From positions 1 through 62,925 of the forward strand of contig JAYTOT010000093.1 in NCBI GenBank assembly GCA_043747645.1: a stretch of 62,925 nucleotides of DNA, written 5' to 3'. This document shows positions 47,151 through 56,978 of this stretch, piece after piece. The position numbers were made by a program, and so were the translations under genes. Source of the stretch: Pseudomonadota bacterium. Its GTDB lineage: Bacteria; Bdellovibrionota_B; Oligoflexia; Silvanigrellales; Silvanigrellaceae. A model generated the notes under the pieces. It saw only the letters and a program-made list of their open reading frames with translations, was not told the origin of the DNA and did not search any database. Positions within the stretch are counted from its first letter, which is position 1. Every line of letters starts with the position of its first letter.

Positions 47151-48904
47151 GAAATAGCCCGCTCTAAAATAAGCTGTAGCTCAGTGTCTTCGTATCGTAC
47201 CGTAAGAGTTTCGGCGCGGCGCACCATGACTTTGCCCGGAGAGAGGTCTTTTTTCTTTTCAATTCCAGACCGATTTGCAAAGCGAATGTCTGCACCCTGC
47301 GAATGAGAATGCTTAGAATGGTAAACTGCTAAAACAGCCGCTTCGCGAATTGCGGCATTGGACGGCTTGTTACCTTTGGGTTTTTCGAGCCAAACGTGGC
47401 TGCCTTCGCCTGTAAAAACGTGAAGCCAAAAGTGGTGTGCAGGCATGAGTTTTATCATGGCATCGCCATCTGATGCGGACTTTGCAACACGAATAAATTC
47501 GCCCGTAGAAGCCAAATAAGAGCGGTAAGGCAAACGGCGGACCTCTTTTTCTTGTGCCAGTCGTTTGTTTTGCCCACCTTCGGTCCAAGAAATATCGAGC
47601 AAAGTTAATATTTGTTGCACCGGAATAGGAAGGTTTCTTTGCAACAAAATGTCGAGTGCGCTTTTGACTTCGGTGCGCGATTTTGTATTTTTTTCTTCGA
47701 GCAATTTATTTTCAAGCTCTAAAATTGATGCAGTGGCATTGCTCAGTTGGTTGTTAAAAGTTTCTAGTGCCTTCTGACTCTCTGCAATGCGAGATTGGAG
47801 TTCCGTGCGCCTGCGGGTTAATTTATCGACCAAATGAAAGGCATCGTTGAGCAAATCGCCCGGTTTTTGCCCCTGTTTGAGTTGCATCATGGCAGGAAGA
47901 CCATCGCTTTCGATGAGTTCTGCAGGAATATACCATGTGGGAGAACCCTGCGGCCATAAATACAAGTTTGCCCTAAATGCCTCTGCGCGTTTGCTGAGTT
48001 TGAGCAGTTCAGAGTCTGGCGGCAAATCGGCTTTTTGCCTCAGGAGGCGCCGTTCGAGAAAGCTCAAGCGCGTGCGCACAGAGCGTCGCACATGTGTTGG
48101 TAGAATAGAAAGTTGAGCATTTAATGTGGTTGCAGGGAGCGCTCCGGGTGAAGGTTTGGGCACTGTTGAATGAGAAATTTGTGTCGATTGAGTTTCTGGT
48201 TGAGTCAATATTTCTAGCTGGGATTTGTTTTTTGGATGAGGGCTGGTTTCTGAAAGTGAATCAGTTGCAGGAACAGCAATATCAAAGAGTGAAGTGCAAC
48301 ACCACGTTACAACTTGTGCTTCGAAAGTCGCCCGTCTCTTGGTTTTAATATTTTCGAGGCTCCATTCGCAGAGACTTTCAAAAAAAGGCATTCCAGGTTC
48401 GTATCCAGCACTCACATGATTGTAACGTTCAGGCACACCTAAATGTTTTTTGGCAATACAAAGCCTTGGTGGCCTTGCGTCGAGGTCAAGAATAAGTGTG
48501 TCTGCTTCTCGGTTTTCTGCATCGGGTTCGAATTCAACTATAATGCATATGGGCGCAGTGCTTCCGGAAACAGAAATAATTTTACGACCCAAAAGATGCT
48601 TACGTGCCACCTGCACAAACCCGCCAGGAACTCTGCTTGCAGGCGGTCGGAGATTTGAAAGACTCAAGCCCGCAGCACCACGTGAAATAGAAAACAAAGC
48701 AGCTGTTTTATCGTCTCCTGGCTTGTATACTCCTAATACTAATACGCCGTCGTCTGTGGCGGTTATTTTTTGCAATGAAGTGTCTGCAAGGCGTGCAAAA
48801 ATAGGTGCCCAACGCTTGTTCCAAAGTGCTGTGCGTGTGGCCTCAAGCGGACCCCGTTCTGTAAAAAAACGAGGCGGCATTTGTGAATTGAGTTCAGTCA
48901 TCAT
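47147..48904 (-). CDS. NFACT-family protein (RqcH / FbpA / Tae2-like, ribosome quality control homolog) with a C-terminal DUF814 (NFACT-R) domain
   Basis: C-terminal hallmark HHFWLHVFTGEGSHVWLEKPKG, which resembles the D-x-WFH...GSHVV motif of DUF814. Central coiled coil. N-terminal NFACT-N-like region. Its stop overlaps the start of the GT4 gene. Confidence 0.6.
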   Translation of the reverse strand: MMTELNSQMPPRFFTERGPLEATRTALWNKRWAPIFARLADTSLQKITATDDGVLVLGVYKPGDDKTAALFSISRGAAGLSLSNLRPPASRVPGGFVQVARKHLLGRKIISVSGSTAPICIIVEFEPDAENREADTLILDLDARPPRLCIAKKHLGVPERYNHVSAGYEPGMPFFESLCEWSLENIKTKRRATFEAQVVTWCCTSLFDIAVPATDSLSETSPHPKNKSQLEILTQPETQSTQISHSTVPKPSPGALPATTLNAQLSILPTHVRRSVRTRLSFLERRLLRQKADLPPDSELLKLSKRAEAFRANLYLWPQGSPTWYIPAELIESDGLPAMMQLKQGQKPGDLLNDAFHLVDKLTRRRTELQSRIAESQKALETFNNQLSNATASILELENKLLEEKNTKSRTEVKSALDILLQRNLPIPVQQILTLLDISWTEGGQNKRLAQEKEVRRLPYRSYLASTGEFIRVAKSASDGDAMIKLMPAHHFWLHVFTGEGSHVWLEKPKGNKPSNAAIREAAVLAVYHSKHSHSQGADIRFANRSGIEKKKDLSPGKVMVRRAETLTVRYEDTELQLILERAIS

Positions 48905-49407
48905 AAGGGTCTCTTGTGTCGTTTATTGTTTCTAATTTCCCAGTGAACACTGCTTTGCCCCGAAGCAATAAGTTCTAAAACTTCGAGCCGGTGTTTCCAG
49001 ACACGGTGTTGTGCTCGCACTTCTAATTCAAGAGTTTGAGCTACCGTGAGAGAATAGTTTTGCACATTTTTTTCAAATTTAGAATCATTCGCATCCCAGT
49101 CCCAACGATTCGTGGCCTTGAGTTCCGATTTTTCGATGCGTCGTAAAGCTTGACGCCAATCGGAAATGGATTCAATTGATTCTGAAACTAAATGTTGGAG
49201 TTCCGTACGACCCATATCGCCTAAAAGACGGTGAATATCGGAATTAGAAAATGGAATTGGTTTAGAGTTGAGTATTTTTTGGAGGGCAAGGGCGTCGCTA
49301 GAATTATTTTCAATATTCACGCGAGGTGCAGAATTGCGAGCAGTTGAGGGTGTTTTGCGATTGAGCGAAATTCCTTGAATGCGCTGACGCGATAATACAT
49401 TTCTCAC
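48901..49407 (-). CDS. hypothetical protein (168 aa)
   Basis: Its stop overlaps the start of the NFACT gene by 4 nt. No recognisable domain. Confidence 0.3.
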   Translation of the reverse strand: MRNVLSRQRIQGISLNRKTPSTARNSAPRVNIENNSSDALALQKILNSKPIPFSNSDIHRLLGDMGRTELQHLVSESIESISDWRQALRRIEKSELKATNRWDWDANDSKFEKNVQNYSLTVAQTLELEVRAQHRVWKHRLEVLELIASGQSSVHWEIRNNKRHKRPL

Positions 49408-49442
49408 GACAAATAATCCTGTACAAAATTAACCATAAAAAT

Positions 49443-51611
49443 TTATCGCAACCGACTTTCGAGGTACTGAATGAGCGGAGAATCTGCAGACTCACCCGTG
49501 GCACGCAACCTAGAAATTTCGTCGAGTATTTTTTTACGCCAGCCCATATCCAACTGTCCCTGCGCTGCCATAGCATCCATTGCAGAACGATAGCTTTGAC
49601 CGTCCTGTTCTTGCTGATTTTGTTTGTCCGATTCCTCTTCGTCTTGCAATGCTTCTAAAGCTTTTACGATTGATTCCTGACTCTGGTTTGCAGATTTCCT
49701 CATGCCGTCGGTTTTTCCGCTTTGTGCAGATTTTGCTGCTTGCTTGGCGTTTTCGCGCGCTTCTTCGCCGGCTTCATTAAATTCTTTTGAGAGTTTTGGT
49801 AAATTTTGAAGCGATTGCGCAGCAGAATTCATATTTTCTGAAGCTTGATTGGCTTCTTTTGAGCGACCTTGTTCGAGGTTGCCATCGGCTTTTGTGAGGT
49901 TTTCACGAGCTTCTTTGAGTGCACGTGCTCTTGCTGCGGCCATAATGCGCATGACTTCACCCAAATTTTTAGATGCTTCTTCTACAGCAAAATTGGCTTG
50001 AATTTCGGCACCAGAGCGGTCGGTGCTTTTGAGTTTTTCGCTTGTATCAGCTATTTTTTCAGGCGTTTTATCGAATTTTAATATCTTTTCGATGGCTTGC
50101 TTTTCGTCTAAATTTAAACCGGTTGAATTGGATTTGGCGGCATCAAGCATTTTTTGTTTGAGGCCCTGTGCTTCGGCAGAGAGTTTTTGCGCATCGGTGG
50201 CGAGTTTAGAAATTTCAGATTCATTAACTTTAGGAATTGAAGCCTTTAAAGACTGTAATTTAGCAAATAAATTGCTCACTTGTTCCTGGTTTTGTTCGCG
50301 TTTTAAGGCATCGAGGGCCGCTTGAATTTTAATTTCGGCTTTTTTTGCATTCGCATCGGCAGGAGCCTTCATTTTTTCGACATTTTCTTTTGCAGCTTGA
50401 ATTTGCCGCCGCGTGACACTTTGTCTGCCTAAATTAACTGCAGCATTAAAAGCTTTTTCTAACGATGATTGTGCAATTGCTTTTTGTTTGTCTAAATTGT
50501 TTTTTGAATTTTTGATTTCAGACTGCGCTGTTTCTAGTTCTTTTATTATTTGTTGGCGAATTTCTTCTCTGCTTTTGACTTCGATTTCGATTTCTTTCGA
50601 TTCTCCGAATATTTCAGGAACCACAGTGCGAGCCAATACTTTTATATAAAGTGCGTCTTTTGGCCCAAAGGGAATTCCGGCCGTGTTCAGCGGAGCAGAT
50701 GGAGCGCGAAAAGTGCTTTGCTGGCCGTTTGCAAATTCCCCGAGTGTTTTTGTAAAACGATATCCGGAGCGAGTACGCACCTGAAATTCAACTTGATTGA
50801 GAGGAATTTGACTTTGAACACCGATAGAAAAATTTAATTTTCCAACGGTCTGAATATCAGCATCATCGCTCAATGCATTCACTTGGTCCAAGGTTACGAT
50901 GGGTCGTGGCACAGCTTTAATTTCTATAGGAACCATAAAATTTTTGCCGTTTTGAGTGGTAATTTTGAGCGTAAAAGCATGGTCTTCGGTTTCGGGCCAT
51001 TGCATTTGCGTATAAATTGAACTAAAAGATGCAGCCCAATTTCCGGCAGAAGTAAAATCGAATTCTCGACTGCTTGCAGATATTGCATCGGATTGAATGA
51101 GCAATTTTAACAATTTATTTTTTGTTTTTTGCGGCGAAAAAATTTGAATAAAAGAACCTGTGTTGGCAGAAACTTTTTGATTTTCGCCTGAAAGCTTTAT
51201 TTCGAGTGCAGGAGTGTCGGTGTAAGAAGGGTATTCTACGCGTAAAACCACTGAATCTGGACGTAAAACCGTAGCAATATCGGAGAAACCTACTTCAATA
51301 TCTTGTCTGAAAATAAATATAATAGAAGAACCAAAAATACTGATTAATATGAGTAACCACAAATAAACAGGGTAAAAAAGTGGAGTTTTTTGAATTCCTT
51401 CAATTTGCAAATTAAGCATTAACCGGTCTTGCGGCATATGACGCAAAATGGTTATGCCTGGCAAAATTTTAAGTACTGCCAATGCTAGAAATACTGTTGA
51501 AAAAGGCAGGCCAAACCACCACAAATTCGTGCCTAAAACACGCGCAGATACTGCGCACGAAATAATAGAGATAAAAATGGCAAGAGCTAGAAATTTAATT
51601 TTTTGTTTCAT
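49443..51611 (-). CDS. polytopic-anchored giant coiled-coil membrane protein (722 aa)
   Basis: Three N-terminal TM helices, a beta-rich region of about 250 aa, then about 350 aa of K/E/A/Q-rich coiled coil. The start overlaps the exonuclease stop by 4 nt. Confidence 0.4.
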   Translation of the reverse strand: MKQKIKFLALAIFISIISCAVSARVLGTNLWWFGLPFSTVFLALAVLKILPGITILRHMPQDRLMLNLQIEGIQKTPLFYPVYLWLLILISIFGSSIIFIFRQDIEVGFSDIATVLRPDSVVLRVEYPSYTDTPALEIKLSGENQKVSANTGSFIQIFSPQKTKNKLLKLLIQSDAISASSREFDFTSAGNWAASFSSIYTQMQWPETEDHAFTLKITTQNGKNFMVPIEIKAVPRPIVTLDQVNALSDDADIQTVGKLNFSIGVQSQIPLNQVEFQVRTRSGYRFTKTLGEFANGQQSTFRAPSAPLNTAGIPFGPKDALYIKVLARTVVPEIFGESKEIEIEVKSREEIRQQIIKELETAQSEIKNSKNNLDKQKAIAQSSLEKAFNAAVNLGRQSVTRRQIQAAKENVEKMKAPADANAKKAEIKIQAALDALKREQNQEQVSNLFAKLQSLKASIPKVNESEISKLATDAQKLSAEAQGLKQKMLDAAKSNSTGLNLDEKQAIEKILKFDKTPEKIADTSEKLKSTDRSGAEIQANFAVEEASKNLGEVMRIMAAARARALKEARENLTKADGNLEQGRSKEANQASENMNSAAQSLQNLPKLSKEFNEAGEEARENAKQAAKSAQSGKTDGMRKSANQSQESIVKALEALQDEEESDKQNQQEQDGQSYRSAMDAMAAQGQLDMGWRKKILDEISRLRATGESADSPLIQYLESRLR

Positions 51612-52300
51612 GCTGGCAACACACTCACCATGGTTTCTTGATAGTTGCTAAAATCTTTGAGACTCTTAAGTTTAGGATTTTCATCAATCATGTGCCATAA
51701 AACATCGGCCGTCACTAGAATGTCGCCTATAGACCGGTGGCGGGATTCAAACTCAAGCGAATAATGTGCGGCTAAAGAATCTAAGTTTTTACGGTCACAC
51801 TTCACTAAATCTCTGGCCATTTTTAATGTGCATATAATGTGATAATTGCAAGATATTCCAAGGCGCGCAGATTCGTGAATTAAAAAACTGGAGTCGAATT
51901 CTGCGTTGTGTGCAATACCAACACATCCGCGCATAAAGTCGTGAAATAAAGGTAATACCTTCGAAATTATGGGCTGGCCTTTGAGCATAGCGTCGTCTAT
52001 TCCCGTGATTCCAAAAGTTTCAGGGGGCAATTTAACCTCGGGATTGATAAGCCAGCTCACGCGATCGATTTCTTTGCGGTTGCGATATTTTACTGCACCG
52101 ATTTCAATAATGCGAGAGTTGCGCGCATCGAGGCCAGTGGTTTCAAAGTCAAAAACTACGACTTCAAGATTTTCTAATTGCAAATTGAGATCGAAAGAAG
52201 AGCCAGAAATTCCGCCCATTATTGCCACTGCATTGTTTTGTACTGTTGATTTACTGTAAACAATATTAAAAAACATGCTGTTTGCAAATGGTGAAGTCAT
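51608..52300 (-). CDS. DEDDh 3'-5' exonuclease (DnaQ / DNA polymerase III epsilon-like)
   Basis: Exo I motif VVFDFETTGLD, Exo II GIAHNAEFDSSFL, Exo III H-x4-D (HRSIGDILVTADV). About 45 aa of N-terminal extension. Confidence 0.75.
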   Translation of the reverse strand: MTSPFANSMFFNIVYSKSTVQNNAVAIMGGISGSSFDLNLQLENLEVVVFDFETTGLDARNSRIIEIGAVKYRNRKEIDRVSWLINPEVKLPPETFGITGIDDAMLKGQPIISKVLPLFHDFMRGCVGIAHNAEFDSSFLIHESARLGISCNYHIICTLKMARDLVKCDRKNLDSLAAHYSLEFESRHRSIGDILVTADVLWHMIDENPKLKSLKDFSNYQETMVSVLPA

Positions 52301-52492
52301 GAATGCTCCAGAAATCTATTTTAAATGCGACGCTTGTTTACGGAAAACATTGGTAGCTGCATTCCGAGTGCTGGAGGATTCTAGTTCAAATGCGTTCAAG
52401 ACTCCAAGTTTGAGCAAAAAAGAATGCAGTCCCTTGATCAATTTGAAAATCTTTTGTAAAAGCGCAGTGCTTTTTGTTGTTCCCCTTCTTAG

Positions 52493-52568
52493 GGGCGGTT
52501 AGCTCAGCTGGGAGAGCGCTGCCATGGCATGGCAGAGGCCGCAGGTTCGATCCCTGTACCGTCCACCA
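52493..52568 (+). tRNA. tRNA-Ala (anticodon GGC)
   Basis: Manual fold. Acceptor GGGCGGT/ACCGTCC with the G3-U70 alanine identity pair. D-arm GCTC-AGCTGGGA-GAGC. Anticodon stem CTGCC/GGCAG with loop ATGGCAT. T-arm GCAGG-TTCGATC-CCTGT. CCA is encoded. Confidence 0.85.
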
Positions 52569-52670
52569 ATTTTTAGTCTATTTTTAAAAATTTTTATTTT
52601 TCATGATATAATTTTCGTCTACGGAAAATTGTTTTTTTGCTTGAAATTTTAAGAAGGAAAAACACTGTTA

Positions 52671-53930
52671 ATGAATTTGAAAAATATACCAATGGGAGAT
52701 ACGAATACCAAAAAAGCTGCTTTTATTTTTATATTTATTACTGTGATATTAGATATGCTTGGAATTGGAATGATAATTCCGATTTTGCCAAAATTAGTTG
52801 TTAGTTTTGTGAATGGAAGCGCCAGTGAGGGCGCAAAAATATACGGACTTTTTGGAACAACTTGGGCAATAATGCAGTTTTTCAGTTCTCCTATTTTGGG
52901 AGCATTATCTGACAGATTTGGGCGGCGGCCTGTTATTTTGCTTTCTAATTTTGGTCTAGGACTAGACTATATTTTAATGTATTTTGCACCCACATTGGCT
53001 TGGCTCTTTGCAGGTAGAGTGATTTCGGGAATCACTTCAGCCAGTATGGGCGCAGCAAATGCCTATATTGCCGATGTTACGGAACCCTCAAAGCGTGCGG
53101 GAGCATTTGGAATGCTTGGTGCGGCTTTTGGAGTTGGATTCATTTTAGGGCCGGCGGTTGGTGGGATTTTGGGGAGCGTTGATGCCAGGTTGCCATTTGC
53201 TGTGGCTGCTGCGCTGAGTTTATGCAATGCATTGTACGGTTATTTTGTGTTACCAGAGTCGTTGTTGGTTAAAAATCGAAGTCCATTTTTGTGGAAAAAT
53301 GCAAATCCTTTAGGCTCTTTAAAATTATTTGTATCTCACAAAAGTCTTATTGGAATGGGAGCGATTAATTTTTTCAATCAACTTTCAAACGTGGTTTTTC
53401 CGAGCACTTTTGTTCTTTATGCCAGCTACAGATATTCATGGGATGAAAAGAAAATAGGCATATGTTTGGCTGGAGTTGGTGTTAGTTTTATGATTGTTCA
53501 AGCTTTGTTAGTGAAGCCTATTGTTGCCAAAATAGGCGAGCGTAATACTATGCTTTTGGGTGGATTTATGGGCATCATGTGTTTTGCAATCTATGGATTG
53601 GCTGAAAACCAATGGGCCTTTTTTATCGGAATTCCCTTTGCAGCTCTATGGGGAATTATGGGCCCAGCACTTCAAAGTTTAATGACTGCTCAAGTGGGAC
53701 CCCAAGAACAAGGACAATTGCAAGGTGCAAATGGAAGTTTAGTAGGCATTTCTAATTTATTGGGCCCGCTGCTTTTTACGCTTACTTTTTCCTATTTTGT
53801 TGCAGATTCGCGAGCTATAAAAATTCCAGGAGCTTCGTTTTTTCTAGCTGGTGCAATATTGGCTTTGGCTCTTTTGATGGTGTTTGTATTTGTTTCACCA
53901 TCTAGAACAGAAACAAGTAAGAGTGTTTAA
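52671..53930 (+). CDS. MFS transporter (TetA/TCR-like drug:H+ antiporter family)
   Basis: 12 predicted TM helices. Motif A-like GALSDRFGRRPV between TM2 and TM3. Confidence 0.8.
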   Translation: MNLKNIPMGDTNTKKAAFIFIFITVILDMLGIGMIIPILPKLVVSFVNGSASEGAKIYGLFGTTWAIMQFFSSPILGALSDRFGRRPVILLSNFGLGLDYILMYFAPTLAWLFAGRVISGITSASMGAANAYIADVTEPSKRAGAFGMLGAAFGVGFILGPAVGGILGSVDARLPFAVAAALSLCNALYGYFVLPESLLVKNRSPFLWKNANPLGSLKLFVSHKSLIGMGAINFFNQLSNVVFPSTFVLYASYRYSWDEKKIGICLAGVGVSFMIVQALLVKPIVAKIGERNTMLLGGFMGIMCFAIYGLAENQWAFFIGIPFAALWGIMGPALQSLMTAQVGPQEQGQLQGANGSLVGISNLLGPLLFTLTFSYFVADSRAIKIPGASFFLAGAILALALLMVFVFVSPSRTETSKSV

Positions 53931-53984
53931 AACTGAAATGCGACAAAGCGGTGTAGGCATTTTTGCATTGATAGATGCAGTGAA

Positions 53985-54719
53985 TCAATGTGGAAAATAG
54001 CTGGGGAAAATAGAGCTGAATTTTGCTAATTGATTGAGAAAAATGAAACTGCCAATGGAGGTTAAGAGCGAAATGGCAAGGAGGATTTTGAGAATGAGCG
54101 TACCAGTATCGTTCAAAGTGAAATAATATTTAATCGAATTCCAGTACAAATAAAGCGAAGCTGCTGCTGCGGCAAGAGAGAAAAAATGACCTACACCCGG
54201 CAAAAAATTAAAGCAGCCAATGGGTGCCGTGCACACTGTGTATGCAAAAAAGAATCGCAATACTGCATTTTGACTCAATGCTGGAGAGCCAAAAAAGTAA
54301 TTTATTGCCAAAATAAAGACAAGGTGAATGAGCGCACTAAACCCTATGATAGAAGAAGCGTATATGGCCGAACCGCCGCCACCTACTAAGGTAAGATAAA
54401 CAAAACTCAATGCCGATGGAATGGCAAGAGTAGTAATTGTGAGTCTTTGAAGTTTTGAAAAATCGTAATTTGTGATGACTTGTTTGAAGAGTTTTTCAGG
54501 TTCTTTGACAGATTCTAGCACCTGAGAAAAAAATAATTTTGCGTCTTCTAATATTTCTTTTGCCAACAATTTGTATTTTCCTTCAGGTTCGCTTTGTTTT
54601 TCTGGTTCAATGCAAATAGTAACTTGTGAATCTTTGGTTTCCATTTGTCGCCCCCTTGCGCCAATAACTTCGGTTATATGTGGAGTTTTAGCGGTTTGGT
54701 TTTGTTTTGCAATAGACAA
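53985..54719 (-). CDS. Yip1-like multi-pass membrane protein
   Basis: Soluble N-terminal region of about 90 aa followed by five TM helices. A poly-Gly LVGGGGSA segment. Confidence 0.35.
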   Translation of the reverse strand: MSIAKQNQTAKTPHITEVIGARGRQMETKDSQVTICIEPEKQSEPEGKYKLLAKEILEDAKLFFSQVLESVKEPEKLFKQVITNYDFSKLQRLTITTLAIPSALSFVYLTLVGGGGSAIYASSIIGFSALIHLVFILAINYFFGSPALSQNAVLRFFFAYTVCTAPIGCFNFLPGVGHFFSLAAAAASLYLYWNSIKYYFTLNDTGTLILKILLAISLLTSIGSFIFLNQLAKFSSIFPSYFPH

Positions 54720-54863
54720 AGGCTGTCAAGTTTGAAATGTCCTTTCGAGGCTTTTTTTTGGGGAGCGAATTTTGGCGGCGTGCAATTAAAAAGAAAATCA
54801 GTCCCCGGGCTGCAGGGCTGATTTGTGAAACATTTTAAAATGAGTGAAAAGGGACTAGAATTG

Positions 54864-55292
54864 TTACATTCCTTGGCAGTGCATTTCGGTGATTTCTGTT
54901 TCGCCTTGTTCATTTGTTTCAGAGAGTCTTGCAGAACCATATTGAGGGGCAAAACCACCCAAAGAAAACTCTGATTTGAATGAACCTGTGCCGTTGTTAC
55001 CTTGGCAAACGACAGTTGTGGAGCCGTCCATCATTGTTTCGGGAGGAAGGTCTGCCTTGCAGTTGCTGAGCGAAGCAATTTTATTACGACCAATAAAGGA
55101 GTCGTGATAAACCTCTGATGTGAGCGCAGAAGTGGTTGTATTTTTGTAAAGTCTTACGGAATATGTATTGTCGGGAACAGGTTGGGCCGGCATGCAAACC
55201 CATGCTTTGTTACTTAACGCATTTGGAGCTGCAAACACAACTGAATTTGCCAATAAACTAGAAATTAAAAATACAGACTTAATAAAATTCAT
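54864..55292 (-). CDS. secreted cysteine-containing hypothetical protein
   Basis: Signal peptide MNFIKSVFLISSLLANSVVFA (start at the 13th codon of the track ORF). Four Cys. No named domain. Confidence 0.3.
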   Translation of the reverse strand: MNFIKSVFLISSLLANSVVFAAPNALSNKAWVCMPAQPVPDNTYSVRLYKNTTTSALTSEVYHDSFIGRNKIASLSNCKADLPPETMMDGSTTVVCQGNNGTGSFKSEFSLGGFAPQYGSARLSETNEQGETEITEMHCQGM

Positions 55293-55477
55293 AATAAAGA
55301 TCCTTTTTAGTTGCTCGAGGGAAACCAATTTAAAACCAGCAGATCATTCTACTGAGTTGTGGTTCGATTCATGGCACTAAAAAAGATCTTTGTAAATAGA
55401 TTTGTGCATACAGACAAAAGAACAAATACAAATAATTTCTCAAAAAAATTAACTGGACAGCCAATTGTCCTTTTGTA

Positions 55478-56002
55478 TCAATTTAGTTTTACGGCAGTCG
55501 CCGCTATAGAATATTCTTTTACAGATTTGGTTATTTTTCGAGGTTTTTCTGAAGTGCCTTGCACCCGATCGTCTTCGTAATGTTGAGCCATTTCTGCACT
55601 TAATTCTTTGACTCCAAACACACCTTCTACGGTAGCTGTTTTTCCTGCGGCATTGATGGGAACAAAAAATTTATAACCTAAAGATGTCACCCGAATGGAT
55701 TCACCTTTGGTTCCTGTTATGGCAAACCAACAACCCTTTGCTTGGCAGACTTGTTTTACTTGGCCGGTCATTTTAACGGTTTTTCCTGTGATATTTTGGC
55801 TTTCGTTGATGCATGCCTCGACACTTTTAATGGGCCCGGTGCTCATTTTTTCGCCCAATTGAATACTGTTTAATTTATCAGCATTTGAACTTGTTTGGGC
55901 GGACAGTGAAGAACCTAAAAATAAACTAATTATAACGAGCCCAATTGGTATTTTTAAGGAACTTGAAGAATTAATGTCTCTTTTACAAATGCGAAAAATC
56001 AT
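55478..56002 (-). CDS. DUF4920-domain secreted protein
   Basis: Signal peptide. Motif CQAKGCWFAITG...IRVTSLGYKFFVP...GKTATVEG...LSAEMAQHY is typical of DUF4920. Confidence 0.5.
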   Translation of the reverse strand: MIFRICKRDINSSSSLKIPIGLVIISLFLGSSLSAQTSSNADKLNSIQLGEKMSTGPIKSVEACINESQNITGKTVKMTGQVKQVCQAKGCWFAITGTKGESIRVTSLGYKFFVPINAAGKTATVEGVFGVKELSAEMAQHYEDDRVQGTSEKPRKITKSVKEYSIAATAVKLN

Positions 56003-56142
56003 ATTGAGCTCCTTTGGAGATCGTAGAAAGTTGACTGCCTGGCTTATGAATTTACAGAATGAGTTAGAGTGAAATCAAGGACAGTTTGTTTATTTATTAA
56101 TATGTTTCGTTAAAGCTACTTATCTTGAGGAGAAAATAAAAA

Positions 56143-56949
56143 GTGTCGACCATTATTCTTTCACTGATTAAGAGAAGCTCTATTTTAGGATGGATGCTCA
56201 AAAAGCGATTCGAACAGTTGTTTCTTTCCGCTCAAAATATGAATCTATTTTACGGGGTTTACAGTAGCCATGAAGAAGCAACAGCTGCATTGCCGCGTTC
56301 TAAGCCCTTAGGATACGACAACGAGGCTTCTGCCATGTTGTATGGAGAACGAGCGCAGCGTTTGCACTACACCGACTATCCGCCTCTTTTTTGGATGCAA
56401 AAACTATTGAGTTGTCCAGAAAATAGACTTACTGAAAGTGTGAGAATTTTTGATTACGGCGGTCACATTGGAGTTTCCTATTACAGTTATTCTAGTATTA
56501 TAAAACTTCCTGCAGTGGCGCATTGGGTTGTTTACGACGTGCCAGCCGTTGTTGAACAAGGAAAAAAATATGCCGCCGAACGTGGCGATTCTCGTATCGA
56601 ATTTGTGACAACAATAGAAAAATTAAATTATTACGATTTGTTTTTTGCATCTGGTTCGCCCCAATATTCGCCCGATTTTTTTGCAGATTTGGATTTTAAC
56701 TGTTTGCCTCGGTTTGTTCTACTCAATATGGTTCCGTGCACAAATGATGAAGAAATATTCACATTAAATAACATAGGAACTGCTTTTTGCGTCTATCATA
56801 TTTTTAATAAAAGAGAATTTGAAAAGAAATTTACGAACGCTGGTTATTCAATTGTTGCCCATTGGCATCACGAAGGCAAAATCTGTGATCTTTCTTATTC
56901 TACCCGCAGTGAAGCGGCATATTACGGATGGTTTTTGAAGAAGAACTAA
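56143..56949 (+). CDS. putative SAM-dependent methyltransferase (TIGR04325/LIC12133-like)
   Basis: Glycine-rich FDYGGHIGVSYYSY, placed like the SAM-binding motif I of this polysaccharide-associated MTase family. Confidence 0.35.
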   Translation: MSTIILSLIKRSSILGWMLKKRFEQLFLSAQNMNLFYGVYSSHEEATAALPRSKPLGYDNEASAMLYGERAQRLHYTDYPPLFWMQKLLSCPENRLTESVRIFDYGGHIGVSYYSYSSIIKLPAVAHWVVYDVPAVVEQGKKYAAERGDSRIEFVTTIEKLNYYDLFFASGSPQYSPDFFADLDFNCLPRFVLLNMVPCTNDEEIFTLNNIGTAFCVYHIFNKREFEKKFTNAGYSIVAHWHHEGKICDLSYSTRSEAAYYGWFLKKN

Positions 56950-56978
56950 AAGCAATTGATGACAAAATAAGACCGATT

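Noticed and set aside
52492-52568. tRNA-His assignment because of the extra 5' G
   Set aside because: The anticodon is GGC rather than GUG, the G3-U70 pair is present and the discriminator is A, so it is tRNA-Ala.
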